Positions 18,241 to 29,700 of a stretch of 64,000 nucleotides of DNA are shown in pieces. The notes beneath the pieces were generated by a model that worked only from the letters and a program-made list of their open reading frames with translations, was not told the DNA's origin and made no database searches. Positions within the stretch are counted from its first letter, which is position 1, and each line of letters starts with the position of its first letter. The DNA is from a virus. Taxonomy: Duplodnaviria > Caudoviricetes. The stretch lies in IMG/VR virus record IMGVR_UViG_3300027563_000005, positions 1 through 64,000 of that record, one strand, 5' to 3'. A program made the position numbers and the translations under genes.

Positions 18241-21240
18241 TCATTTTGCTTCTAGGGCGTCAAGCCTGTCTAACACTCTTTTTACTACGCTGATTATTAT
18301 AGGGGCAAGACTGTTGTAGTTAATATTTTCTGGGGTTGAGTCATCATTATATTCAACTATGTTTTCTAAACCGACTATGTCTGCTACCTCTTCAGCAATT
18401 AAACCTATTCTGTATGTAGTGTCACCTCTTTCTGAATCTGCTATACCCTGAAACTTAACTGGCCTCAAAGCTCTTAACTGATCGTCAGTAAAATCTACAC
18501 TTTCAATATTAGTTTTATATCTTCTTGAAGACGTAGATCTTGCAATAAGCCCACTCGAAGAGTTTAGGTATGCGTTAGCTCCAGCTGTTGTTGTGCTTGC
18601 TAAAGTGCCTAAAGATGTAGTGGTTCTTTGAAAATAAACTTGTCCTCGATCTTGTCCAATTGAGGCATTAAATACAACTCCATTTGCTCCAGCATCTATG
18701 GCAAATTGATCACCCTTCATTTGAACTTGGGTTGTGCTACATATAAGATAATTTGAATTGTCTGCTGCCATAGTAACACCATTAGCATAAGCATGAAATA
18801 GTCCATAAGTTGTAGCATTTGCATTTGCTGTTGCTCCCGCATGCATTGCTATTCCAGTGCTTGCTGTTGCAAGCACGTGACCCCTGGTGGTGCTTCCATA
18901 AATAACTCTTAAAGAGTCAGTTGTTGCATCAATCATTTCAACTCTATTAGCAGATGTACTTGTTTGAATTTTAGTTCCAACAATTGTTCCACCCGTAATA
19001 GTATTACCAGTGATTGTATTTCCTTCAATTGATGTACCAGAAATTCTTCCTCCAGAAATTGATCCGTTCCATCCGTCAAGAGTAATTTGGGTGTACCCGT
19101 CAGCATAATAACTTCTAGACCTTATGTATCTATTGCCAACAGTCCAACCGTTGGTAGTATCTCCTAAAGATATAGTTCCATTTGATGCTATATTTATAGT
19201 TTGGTTTGATCCGTTGTATGCTCTTATTCCATTTCCATCTACAACAAAGCCGTTTACATCTGCTGTTCCGCCCGTAATATTTAATCTTGCAAGATTTATT
19301 GTGCCAGTTGTAATAGCGCTTCCATTAATTATTGTAGTGTCTGAGGCCAATACAGTGTTTACTTGATCCCTTGATATTTTAAGAACTGCTATTGCTTCTG
19401 CATCCTCAGCTTTTTTCTTTGCAGCAGCTGCACTCAGTCCTGCTTCAATTGCTTTATCGTATGCCTCTACACCCTTTAATCTTGCTGCTTCTGCTTTGTC
19501 TGCGGCGGCACTAGCTGAACCAATGGCTGCAAGTGCGTTTGACCTAGTTTGATCTAATGTTGTTCCGTCAGATAGCTTTGTACCTATTGTTAAAGTTCCA
19601 GTAAATGATGCGTCACCATCAATCACCGCACCATTTGCATAAACAATTCCGTCTACTCCAACCTTAAACTTAGCATTTGTTGCTAATTGGCTCCCTACCC
19701 AAATTCTATATGTGGGATCAGTTGAACTTAATTTAACAATAGATGCAAGCGTTCCTGTCGTGTCTCCTAAAACTATGCTTCCATCGCTACCAAAGGATGT
19801 TCCATTTTTTGAAATTGTTCCTACTGTTTTCGATGTTCCTTTAATTTCCCATCCGCCAATAAATCCTTCACGAGCATCAATTTTTCCATCTGCTGCTGTT
19901 AATGCAAAAGTTTGTCCAGTTGTATTACTTGTGCTTGTTGCGTCATATCCAAACAAACCTGCGCTATCGAATCTAACTCTTGCGCCAGCTAAAGGTGTTG
20001 GACCAGTATATAAAGTTCCGCCATTTAATCTAACATCTCCCGTAAATGATCCACCAGTTGCATTGATTTTTCCTGTTGTGTATACATCAGATCCATCCCA
20101 ATAAAAAAACGCTGACGCACTTCCTACTCTAAACTGACCAGTATTTAACCAATAGTTGTGACCATAGTTTGTCGTTGATCTATCTAAAATTATTCCATTA
20201 TAGGTTCCAATAGTTTGAGATGGAGAAATTGTTGTTGATGTATTTATTGTTTGTGTAATTCCTGTTCCTATTTTAAATAGGTCTGCTGTTTTGCCACCGA
20301 TAGAAATAATGGATCTTAATTGAATATTTCCTGCTGGGGCATTGGGATCTGATATCGGGCCAAACTGACCAGAAGCAACTTGCCCAGTCACCGATTTATC
20401 CCAAGAGATTGCATTGAAAGGGCTCTTTGCTGTAACCTGCCAATAATAAACTGTATTGGGGGTTAAGCCTGTTATAGAAAATTTGTTTGTTGCTCTACCG
20501 TCTACCTGGCCATATTCCCACAATGGGTTTGCAACAGTTGAGGGATCGTTTGCAGACCATCTTATTACATAGCCGTTTGTATTAGAATCAGTGCTTGCGG
20601 TCCAAGAAACATCCATCTGTATGCTAAATCCGCTTTTATCTTGTGGGTCAATTACTCCACTAACAGAGACGCCAGTTGGTGCTTTTGGAGGAGTTGAAGT
20701 ATCTGGGTCGTTTGCTAAAATATTAACAGGGCCAGCAGTTACTGAAGACCTGTTTGCATCTAGCCAGTTATCTCTTACTGTAACCTTTACCCATCTTGGA
20801 GCAAAGCTATCTACTTGCACAGTTATATTTGTTGAAGTTCCAGTATAAACTATGTACTCTTCACCAGTAAACGATCCAGTAAGACTTTCAAATATTAAGA
20901 TATCTGTTTGTACGCTTGCTGGATTTACATTAAACTTTACTCCATATGATTTAATTCCAGAAGTTAAAACTAAATCTGTTACTGGTAAGGTCTCATTAGG
21001 AATTGCAAATGAAGTTGAAAATATAGGAGAGTTTGCACTTTCTGTTACCTGTTTAGTTTCTGGATCTTCGTATAAGTAAGTAAACCAAAACTTATATGTT
21101 TTCCCAACAACAGGAACCATCTTTATAACTTTTGTATATGATTGTGCAGACGTAGTGGATGCCGAAGCTGCGGCTGCTACTGGATCTTTTTCAAAATCTG
21201 CGGGGATTCCTCCTCCGTCGTGCATCATATTTTCTCTCAT
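18241..21240 (-). CDS. tail fibre/spike with FN3 domains and C-terminal intramolecular chaperone (peptidase S74-like)
   Basis: FN3 signature (ITGLTPNTVYYWQVTA), Gly/Thr-rich beta repeats, SSRRYKTNI ... GLIAEEV ... terminal coiled coil. Confidence 0.8.
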   Translation of the reverse strand: MRENMMHDGGGIPADFEKDPVAAAASASTTSAQSYTKVIKMVPVVGKTYKFWFTYLYEDPETKQVTESANSPIFSTSFAIPNETLPVTDLVLTSGIKSYGVKFNVNPASVQTDILIFESLTGSFTGEEYIVYTGTSTNITVQVDSFAPRWVKVTVRDNWLDANRSSVTAGPVNILANDPDTSTPPKAPTGVSVSGVIDPQDKSGFSIQMDVSWTASTDSNTNGYVIRWSANDPSTVANPLWEYGQVDGRATNKFSITGLTPNTVYYWQVTAKSPFNAISWDKSVTGQVASGQFGPISDPNAPAGNIQLRSIISIGGKTADLFKIGTGITQTINTSTTISPSQTIGTYNGIILDRSTTNYGHNYWLNTGQFRVGSASAFFYWDGSDVYTTGKINATGGSFTGDVRLNGGTLYTGPTPLAGARVRFDSAGLFGYDATSTSNTTGQTFALTAADGKIDAREGFIGGWEIKGTSKTVGTISKNGTSFGSDGSIVLGDTTGTLASIVKLSSTDPTYRIWVGSQLATNAKFKVGVDGIVYANGAVIDGDASFTGTLTIGTKLSDGTTLDQTRSNALAAIGSASAAADKAEAARLKGVEAYDKAIEAGLSAAAAKKKAEDAEAIAVLKISRDQVNTVLASDTTIINGSAITTGTINLARLNITGGTADVNGFVVDGNGIRAYNGSNQTINIASNGTISLGDTTNGWTVGNRYIRSRSYYADGYTQITLDGWNGSISGGRISGTSIEGNTITGNTITGGTIVGTKIQTSTSANRVEMIDATTDSLRVIYGSTTRGHVLATASTGIAMHAGATANANATTYGLFHAYANGVTMAADNSNYLICSTTQVQMKGDQFAIDAGANGVVFNASIGQDRGQVYFQRTTTSLGTLASTTTAGANAYLNSSSGLIARSTSSRRYKTNIESVDFTDDQLRALRPVKFQGIADSERGDTTYRIGLIAEEVADIVGLENIVEYNDDSTPENINYNSLAPIIISVVKRVLDRLDALEAK

Positions 21241-22197
21241 TTAAAATGAAAGTCCTAATCTATACTCAATATCCATTTGCTTTCCTAGAGACTTAGTAAT
21301 TAAATTGCTTGGCGAAAGTACTGACCTGCTTATCATTCCATAGTCTACTCTAAATGTATCTTCGTCATTTATTCTAAGACCATCTAGTAAAACAGTTGTT
21401 GCGCCAGAACTTTTTGCTTTAGCTCCGACTGATATTTTTACAATAGAATTTTTATCTGGTGTGCCAGATGTAAATCCGCTGCTATATAGGCTGCTTAGAT
21501 TCAACGATTTTACCTTATAGCCTACAGTAGCTTCTGACGGATACCTTATTTCATAGTAATTATTATTTGAGTCATATGCTCTAAGGAACACGTAGTCTAG
21601 ATTTAGATCGCTTTGATAGTAGGCCATCGTCATACTGTCATTTGCGCTATATCCAGAAATGTCTAGATTAAAATCATAGAAATAATTTTTTGATTGTGAA
21701 GACGCAGCTACTACTGACATGTAGTATGGTCCTATTTTAGGAGACGAGACAGTAACTAGGGCTGGGTAGTTGCCTTCGCTATCTAGCCAAGACTGATTGT
21801 CTTCAAAAGAAGATATAGATCTACTTCCAAAATCAGTTGTACCAAGAGTTATGCTTGGGAACAGGCCAATCTCATTTATTATTCCAGAGACATCTACTGG
21901 TATCGTTGTTTTATATACAACGCCATATGTAGTCAATCCAGTTGAGGTACTTGTTTGTATATCTACGCTTGTAATATTTACTTCCGACCTATAAAATTCA
22001 AAATTTAATTGAGTGTCATTTACCGTGGCTGGGGTTGAACCTATTCCCAAAGCAATATCTTTTGATGAGGTGTTGGACTGACCAGCTAAGAACTGGGTTA
22101 TATATCTTTTACCAAACTTGGTTAAAATATTTTTAGATCTTGCAATCTCTTTGCCATCTTCATAAAAAATGTATTCTCCGTAAATTTTATTTTCCAT
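21241..22197 (-). CDS. minor tail / baseplate protein
   Basis: NILTKFG...IALGIG...INEIGLF pattern of tail-tip proteins; position in tail operon. Confidence 0.65.
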   Translation of the reverse strand: MENKIYGEYIFYEDGKEIARSKNILTKFGKRYITQFLAGQSNTSSKDIALGIGSTPATVNDTQLNFEFYRSEVNITSVDIQTSTSTGLTTYGVVYKTTIPVDVSGIINEIGLFPSITLGTTDFGSRSISSFEDNQSWLDSEGNYPALVTVSSPKIGPYYMSVVAASSQSKNYFYDFNLDISGYSANDSMTMAYYQSDLNLDYVFLRAYDSNNNYYEIRYPSEATVGYKVKSLNLSSLYSSGFTSGTPDKNSIVKISVGAKAKSSGATTVLLDGLRINDEDTFRVDYGMISRSVLSPSNLITKSLGKQMDIEYRLGLSF

Positions 22198-22528
22198 ATC
22201 CTCTTACCCCCACAACTTCATCTCCTACGTGATTTTTAATATTAAAAATAAATTCAACGTATTGATTTTTATCTTTATCTGTAATAAGTTTCTTGCTTAC
22301 TAAAGTAATGTCTTCAAGATTTGGAGGTCCAAATTCTCCTGGTGGCGGAGGAAGCGGCTCTTCCCCACCGTCATCCCCAGATACAACTCCACTTTGCTGA
22401 AAAGAATATGGAGATACTATTACATAGTAGTCTGGCTTTAAAATTTTAATTAACGGGTCGCCTGGAAAAAGAAAAAGCTTTTGGGGCTTTGCATTTGAGG
22501 ACGAAGGCTGTCTTGGGTTATAGGTCAT
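22187..22528 (-). CDS. hypothetical tail-region protein with polyproline stretch
   Basis: EEPLPPPPPGEFGPP; preceded by TGG-TAGAAT 6 nt before ATG. Confidence 0.7.
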   Translation of the reverse strand: MTYNPRQPSSSNAKPQKLFLFPGDPLIKILKPDYYVIVSPYSFQQSGVVSGDDGGEEPLPPPPGEFGPPNLEDITLVSKKLITDKDKNQYVEFIFNIKNHVGDEVVGVRGYGK

Positions 22529-22545
22529 ATTTACATTCTACCATT

Positions 22546-25500
22546 TCATCCAGTATAAATCGATCTGCAGACTATACTTGTAGTTGGCGGGGAAGCGGAA
22601 TCATAAGTGTTGTCTAATGACAATATAACAAATTTACTAGCAGAATATCCTGTAGGAATCCCAACGTCCTCTGTTGAATATATCTTATTCTCTGGGTAAG
22701 ATACCTGAATTACATCTCCAACCTGCAAGAGTGGGTTAATAAAAGTTTGAAGAGTCAAAACCTTTTGTTGTTTTGACCACTGGTTTGTCATCCATTTTGC
22801 AAGAGACTTTGCTTCATCTTCTCTTTGGATCCAGGTAGAATCAAATGCAACCTGCTCTTTTTTGTCTTCGTCTGTAAGGTCAGGGTCAATATATTCAAAT
22901 TGATCAGAAGGAGTTATAAAGTCTCCAACTACAATAAATTGTTTTTCTTCTCCGTTGGCAAGCGATGTAAAGGCACCAGTATTATTTAATACAAAAGTGT
23001 CCATGGTAAATGGATCCAAGGCTGTTCCAACAATTGTTACATCGTCATTGTTTACTAGCTGTGCATATCTTGGAAAGCCTGGCGTTGTATATCTAGCCTT
23101 GATTCTTCTTAGCTCTCTAGCCACTGGCCCAAATTCTTTTAGCCACGACACGGTTGATACCGTCTCGCCTTTATTAAATATAAAGTCTCCAAAAGTTTTT
23201 ATTACAGAGGATGTACCTCCTACAAAACCTTTATATAAATCATATTCGTCTTTTGCAAGAAATTCTTCTTTTGCAATTGATGTTGTATATACATAGTCAA
23301 ATGCTGATATTCCCTGGAGGGATAGCAAACCAATTTTTTCTACTATTGTTAATGGGTTTGTATCAAGCACAGCAATAACTGCATTGTTAATTGATATCTT
23401 AAGAGCCAAAGCTTTTTTTGTTTCACCTGCTGGCTTTGACCAGTTCCCCTTTATGTCAATTCTATAAAGTTCTCCTCCATTAATGTTTGTTATAATTGTT
23501 CCATCTGATTCTTTTTGTGATGTTGTCATTTTAACAATCTTGCCTGCTACTATTTTATAAAAATTAACATCTCTGTAATTTTTATCTACAGTGGCATTTT
23601 GAGAAGTTCCTATTGTAAGTAGGTATCCACTGGTGTTGTCGGCACTTAAAGAGAATGCAATCCCAGATATTGTTTTTTGGTTTCCTGTTGCTTTTTGAGA
23701 CACATCGTCTACTAATAATGGGAAATACATATTTGTTCCTATTGCAAAGCTGTTGTTACTGTCTGCAGTTACTTCTCCTAAAAATTTAGGACTATCGTGT
23801 GTGACTATTGAGTATATTTCATTTGGGGTAATAATCTTTGGTTTTGATGGAACGTCGTTATCTTTTTCTGTGTGCAGTGGTGCATAGATTGTCATCATTG
23901 ATCTTGGTATAGAGTTTAAAAGGTTATCTTTATTTTTTATAAGATTTCCTTTCTCGTCTTTTTCTACTTTTACCTGGTCTAATGTAAATAGAGAAGGCTT
24001 TTCTGCACCGAACGTTCCTGCTTTATGAGTCCATTCTCTTGCTTTCCACTCAGCAGTAAGGCTATCTAGTTTTACTTTGTGAGTTAAAGACTCTGTATCT
24101 GTAGGCTTTACTACCTCAAAAACATTTCTAGATTTTATTCTATACACACCAGTTGGTTTAAATGAGTTTGGCATCGCTAACCCTTGATATTTTTGAATAT
24201 CGGCTTCAGATGTTACCCATTTCCACTCTAGGATTCCTGGAGATGTTTCAGATTTAGTTCCAATTTTAATAAATTCATACAGTATTGCATCGTATTCAAT
24301 AATTTCTTTTTCTACAACTAGATACCCAGTAAATGAATAAAATTGTTTTTCGTATCCCGATATAACAACTGGCTCTAACTTAATTACTCCTTTAGGGCTG
24401 CTTAGGTCTGGCCTTTCAGGCTTCCAGTTTTCTGGCGCAACTGGTTCCAGATCATGTGTTAAAGCCGCAGCTCCTAGTGTTACTACTGGAGATGTGTATA
24501 GGTTGTCTGCATTTACTAAATAAGATGAGCTTAGCTGCGGGCTATATAAAACTTTAATTGCTTTCACTGAAGGAACGTTGTCAATAGACAAAGAAGATAT
24601 GTTTGCTAGGTTTGTAACGGTCCCATTAATTTTTGAAGAGTACCTAAAAGAAGCATTAATGGGATTATCTTTTGCAAATATTTTATCTCTAGGATAAAAC
24701 TGCAGTACGTCATTGTGGTCAAATATTGCTATCATTTGTGTGTCTTTGCATAAGTCCTGTATGTGTTGCCAGACTGTTTTTTCTTTATCCGTATACCAAT
24801 GGAAGGGTGTTATCGTTGAATCATCTTCATCGGCTAAATTAAAAATATAGTTTGTAAATCCAACTGAATCTAAAAGCCTTCTAATTATTGCAACCGAAGA
24901 CATGTCTGTTGTAACTATGTCTGGCGGCTTGATGTACTGCAACTCTTTGGCCCCATCTAATGACATTATGTCAACTAGGCCAAACTCATCAGCACTGTAG
25001 GAGTCTATATAAAATGTTCCAAGCTTAACAATTTCCATATCTACTCTTACATACGGCCTAGCAATAACGTTTTTGTATAAATTAATTTTGTTTTTATTAA
25101 ATGAATTTACCTTGTCATAATTTTCATAAGCTTTATCGTATGCGTTTATTGAAATTCTCATTGAGTTTGCTGTTACGTCTCCGACTGGAACTAGGCCGTC
25201 AACCTTGTCAGATGAGTTTGCCGATATATTAAATGACTCTACTCTATCGCTTACATCAATAACATATCTTGCCGATAGCTCTACCATACCAAGAAATCCT
25301 AATTTAGGAGCAGTGCTTGTATCTGGCTTGGTTGATATAGGTACGCTAATTTTCTTTACTTGTAATTTTAATTTATGTATATCAATAGATTTTTCGGTAT
25401 CTAGATCTGCTTCAACGGTTGTCCATAGAGGAAGACCTTTGTAGTATAAGTTTATTACTCCATTAACTATTCCAGCAGAAGTTCCATTATATATTACTGT

Positions 25501-26115
25501 CTCTGCTCCAAGTTTATCTGTTGTAGTTAAAGTCCATTCTGTTGGGGTTGAATGTGATGTTTCAAATTTAACAACTATCTTATTGGTTGCCGCTGTTTTT
25601 AAAATAGGGTACTCAACGGTTAATGTGCAATTAGTTAAAGTAGTATCTCCAGTGGCACTGAGAACAACGGAGGGGGATACCCAATATTTATATGGCAGCT
25701 GCAAGCTTGAAAAGTATAGTCTTTTATCAAAAGAACTTGATGATGCATAAGATTGTTTAGACCCTATTCCGCTTTCTAGGTTTGCCCTTACGCTTCTATC
25801 TCCATCAATCATATACTGAATGCCCGCCAACTTTGGTCTTCTTGGATCAATTATACTTGTTATTGGAAATAGCTTTTCAAATGGCTTGTATGTATTGCCA
25901 TACGAATCTGTTTTTGTTACTTGTAGGTCTCCCGCAGGATTTGCGGCTGTTCCGTTTGGTCCACGCATGGTGACTCCATCAATTAAATCATTCATGTTGT
26001 ATTCTAATGTGCACCCATTAGTCATCTTAAATGACTTTGATGTATTAATGTAGCTAAGCAGCCCTGGAGATCCTGTAATCATTAAACTTCTTCCAGTGCT
26101 ATAGATACATCCCAA
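22546..26115 (-). CDS. large minor tail protein (tail-tip hub-like)
   Basis: About 1180 aa, second gene after tape measure, C-terminal NPLLQVGDVIQV motif. Confidence 0.75.
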   Translation of the reverse strand: MGCIYSTGRSLMITGSPGLLSYINTSKSFKMTNGCTLEYNMNDLIDGVTMRGPNGTAANPAGDLQVTKTDSYGNTYKPFEKLFPITSIIDPRRPKLAGIQYMIDGDRSVRANLESGIGSKQSYASSSSFDKRLYFSSLQLPYKYWVSPSVVLSATGDTTLTNCTLTVEYPILKTAATNKIVVKFETSHSTPTEWTLTTTDKLGAETVIYNGTSAGIVNGVINLYYKGLPLWTTVEADLDTEKSIDIHKLKLQVKKISVPISTKPDTSTAPKLGFLGMVELSARYVIDVSDRVESFNISANSSDKVDGLVPVGDVTANSMRISINAYDKAYENYDKVNSFNKNKINLYKNVIARPYVRVDMEIVKLGTFYIDSYSADEFGLVDIMSLDGAKELQYIKPPDIVTTDMSSVAIIRRLLDSVGFTNYIFNLADEDDSTITPFHWYTDKEKTVWQHIQDLCKDTQMIAIFDHNDVLQFYPRDKIFAKDNPINASFRYSSKINGTVTNLANISSLSIDNVPSVKAIKVLYSPQLSSSYLVNADNLYTSPVVTLGAAALTHDLEPVAPENWKPERPDLSSPKGVIKLEPVVISGYEKQFYSFTGYLVVEKEIIEYDAILYEFIKIGTKSETSPGILEWKWVTSEADIQKYQGLAMPNSFKPTGVYRIKSRNVFEVVKPTDTESLTHKVKLDSLTAEWKAREWTHKAGTFGAEKPSLFTLDQVKVEKDEKGNLIKNKDNLLNSIPRSMMTIYAPLHTEKDNDVPSKPKIITPNEIYSIVTHDSPKFLGEVTADSNNSFAIGTNMYFPLLVDDVSQKATGNQKTISGIAFSLSADNTSGYLLTIGTSQNATVDKNYRDVNFYKIVAGKIVKMTTSQKESDGTIITNINGGELYRIDIKGNWSKPAGETKKALALKISINNAVIAVLDTNPLTIVEKIGLLSLQGISAFDYVYTTSIAKEEFLAKDEYDLYKGFVGGTSSVIKTFGDFIFNKGETVSTVSWLKEFGPVARELRRIKARYTTPGFPRYAQLVNNDDVTIVGTALDPFTMDTFVLNNTGAFTSLANGEEKQFIVVGDFITPSDQFEYIDPDLTDEDKKEQVAFDSTWIQREDEAKSLAKWMTNQWSKQQKVLTLQTFINPLLQVGDVIQVSYPENKIYSTEDVGIPTGYSASKFVILSLDNTYDSASPPTTSIVCRSIYTG

Positions 26116-26768
26116 AATTCTTGCGGTTCTGGCAATACCGTGATGGCAGATGCTGTTGATGAAGTAGGTGTTCCAGCTATAGTCCCTGCAACAGTAAATG
26201 ATGTTGGGGTAGCTGCGGTAACAGTAAATACTCCATTATATGCTGCAAATGTTGCTCCAGATATGCTAACTTTATTTCCAACCGCAAAACTATTTTTACC
26301 AGTATATGTTGTTACTGCGCTGGCGTATGATATTGCAGTTATACTTGAATTTTTAAATACCCCGCCTGTTCTTAAATTTCTTTTTGTAACGGTAAAGGTG
26401 CAAGAGGTAAATGACATCATCATTGTTTTCTCTCTTGAAGCCACTCCATTTGGAGAAACCTTTACATTAAATGCACCTTGTCCAGCAGTTGATTCATAAA
26501 ACTCTTTAATGTTCATAGCTCCCCAAGCCCCATCTACTGTCATAGAGGCATAGGTTGGTAAGCCTGTCCAGCTGACCGAGAGCATGTCTTTGTCAGCAAT
26601 AAATATTTTTCTTAATGTTCCATTTGACATTCTCTGGGTTTTTTCAATTCTCTGTATATCTAATGTGGCGCTTGCTCTATTGTGTTCACTTAATGGCTGC
26701 CAGACTGCAGGGGTAACTGATGAGTTTTCAAATGTTATAAGGGATCCAAGCGGAAGTGTCATTGCCAT
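26082..26768 (-). CDS. distal-tail-like minor tail protein with inserted beta-rich domain
   Basis: First gene after tape measure; RMSNGTLRK and terminal WDVSIALEEV; insert GNKVSISGATFAAYNGVFTVT. Confidence 0.65.
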   Translation of the reverse strand: MAMTLPLGSLITFENSSVTPAVWQPLSEHNRASATLDIQRIEKTQRMSNGTLRKIFIADKDMLSVSWTGLPTYASMTVDGAWGAMNIKEFYESTAGQGAFNVKVSPNGVASREKTMMMSFTSCTFTVTKRNLRTGGVFKNSSITAISYASAVTTYTGKNSFAVGNKVSISGATFAAYNGVFTVTAATPTSFTVAGTIAGTPTSSTASAITVLPEPQEFWDVSIALEEV

Positions 26769-29700
26769 TATTTAGCTCCTACAGTAAATGATGGGCCAGC
26801 CATTTTAGCGTTACGTGAATCAAGGCTCTTAATTGCTGTAATTGTTTTCTGAGTTACCATGCTAGACAATTGCTCCAAGTTTCCATCATATCCATTAATA
26901 TTATTTGTAATATTATATACGCCTCCACCCATTGTAGCATTATTAGCGTTTGGATTAAATGGGTTCATGTTAGCAGGAACTACTGCTTCATTCTTATGAA
27001 GCATGGCAAGCATATCAGCTGGTACGTTATTTATTCCAGTTTTTAATTGAGGTATGCCATATGTAGATCCTATGCCATTACCACTATATTCAAGAATTTT
27101 CTTAAAACCAGCAACTAATTTTTCTGGGTCCAGCATCGCTAGAACATTGTGAAGTTCTGCCCCTGGATTTACCTGCATTCCTCCAGTGTGAAGTATTGAA
27201 TCAAGCTTTGATCTAATTAAAGCCTCTGCAGTTTCAGTTCCCTGGCTAAAAGCTTGTGCTCTTGCATCGGAAGCAGTGCTACCAATCTTTCTTAATTCGG
27301 ATCCACCTTCTTGCAAAAGGAATTCAAATGCTTCTCTATGTTTTCCAGCTTTTAATAATGTCTTTATATAAGTTCTCAAGAATTTAGGATTTGATATAGA
27401 TAGTGCAGGTATTCCATGTCTAATATCTAAAGGCTTGGCAGATTTTATTCTTAAGGCTAACTCAAATAAACTAGACAATGGGTTGGTTTCTAAATTTTTC
27501 TGTCTATAAGCTTTTCCAACGCTCTGGCTGGATGTAGTGAAGAGGTCTAAGCCAAACCAGTTTTTAGCTGGGTTGATTGCTTGCCCTTTAAATAATTTGC
27601 CAGCCTCACCTACTGGTCCAGAACTTAAAACTCTATTTGCTATCTCTGACAGTGCGCCTCCATGGAAAGAGGTTGTTCCTAATGCGTCTTGAATTGAAGA
27701 CATTGGTAGTCCTGGGGGGAATACTCCAATTACATCATCACTGGCATTTTTTACCATAAAGTCTGTAAATTTTTTACCAAAGAATCTGTTAACCATAAGT
27801 TTTGATACGATTGGGTTTGATTTTACAGCTTTGCTCTTAAGGAACTTTATAATTCGGTCTTCTATATTTTTTACTTTTGCTCCAACAGCGCTTCCATAGT
27901 GATACCTTCCTCTTCCATGAACTATTGGATTAAAATCATACATACCTCTATTTAGCTGACCTAAGATGTCATACAACGTACCATCTCTCTCGCTCAAAAA
28001 GTCGCTGGTCTTTGGATGCTGGGGGTCAGTGCCTTTTCTTACCCAACCACTTCCATAATCATTAGGTTCATATCCAGCTTCGTCTAATATTTTAATAAGC
28101 GGTGCTTCATAGTCTTTTCTTGCTTTTAATTGTTTTGGATCTAGTAGTAAGTCTGTCTGTGCTTGACCAGACTTTCTTCCGTACTGATAGCCATGTTTTA
28201 AAGTTTCGTTTTCAAGTTTATTCGGAAGGCGTAGTTCTTTTATTCTGGCTGGGATTCCTGTAACGCCACTCTTAATCTTAGAAAGCAGTCCCTTTGCCTT
28301 AGCAAGTATTCCCTTAGCGGCAAAAGGAATTTTTCCTAAATCATTTTTTAATCCAAATCCTGGGTATCCTACGTTCCAATTTGTTACAATGCCATCTTCT
28401 GTTTTATAGCCAGAGTATCCTCTTTTGCGAAGGTAATTAGCGAAATCGTCACTTATGTATGTCGGCTGAGAGACTCCAAATTTATTGGCATAGCGTAATT
28501 TTTCCGCTGCCATTTCTGGGCCATCTGTTATTGCGCCTTTGCCAAATGCAGTTTTAAGCCAAGCGAGAGGAGAGAGGCTAAGCTTGTGTGCGTTAGTTGA
28601 AAATTGATCACTTGCATATGTTGTGCTATCAAGGGCACCGTAGGTACCAGGTCCATAAGTATGCATTGCATCTGTTCGTCTTCCTATGTTAGGAGTTAGA
28701 GCATCTGGTGAATTATGTGCAAAGTGCGTCCAGGCTTTTGCATCCTTTACCCTTTGTACTATTTTACTTATATGAGGAGCTATTTTATTTCCAGCAAATC
28801 CAAATGGTACTGACAGTCCTGCTGTTAATGCAACATTTTGTGCGGACTTAGAGAAGCTCATATTCTTTAATTCTTTATTGGCATTAAATCCCTTAACTCC
28901 AGACTGAGTTCCGCCCTTTACTCCATACTGAGATCCGTCTTTAATTAGGCCAGCCAGTCCTTCAACTAGCCCTATTCCAACTCCTGCAAGGCCTCCTGGC
29001 CCCCCAAATGTTAATCCAGAAAGACCACCTTGCGCCGTGTTGAATGCGACTCTACCTAGTGCTCTACCCCATTTAGATAGCCCAGATGCATTTTCATTTG
29101 CACCCCATTTTAATGAAAGTCTTTTTTCAATTTCTTCCATTGATTGCCAGATTGCAGCAGAGCCCATAATCTGTGGCATCTTTTTAAATCCAGACTTAAC
29201 CCATCCTCCAAAACCAAATTTCTTTATTCCGCCTAGTGGGTGATTTTTTCCAAACCCAGTAAAGAATGGTGCGAATTGTCCTGCAGTTGGATTATTTATA
29301 TTTAATTTTGTTCCAATAAATCCATCTTGTATAGCCTTCTGTATCCCTTCGTCAGTAAACTTTGCTCCATACATACTTCCTGGATATCCATACTGACCCA
29401 TTTGTGATGGATTAAGAAACCCTTTACTTTTAAGTATGGCAAGAAAAGCTTTAACCCCTAGCTTTGGCTTATAAACATTAGGTCCATATTTTGGCTGCCC
29501 AGCCTGATACATTGGATTTGCTGCAAAGTGTGTGAAGTTTCCTAGTGTCTGTTCCTTGCCAGCTTGGTAAGACATTGGATCTAGGAGATCATCAACTAAA
29601 TTTGGGTTGGGTGAATTATGAGTTCCTCTCTTCATTAACTTTAATGCTTCACGAACTTGAGGATTCATAAGTCCTTTTATTAATTTAGGAATTGATGAAA

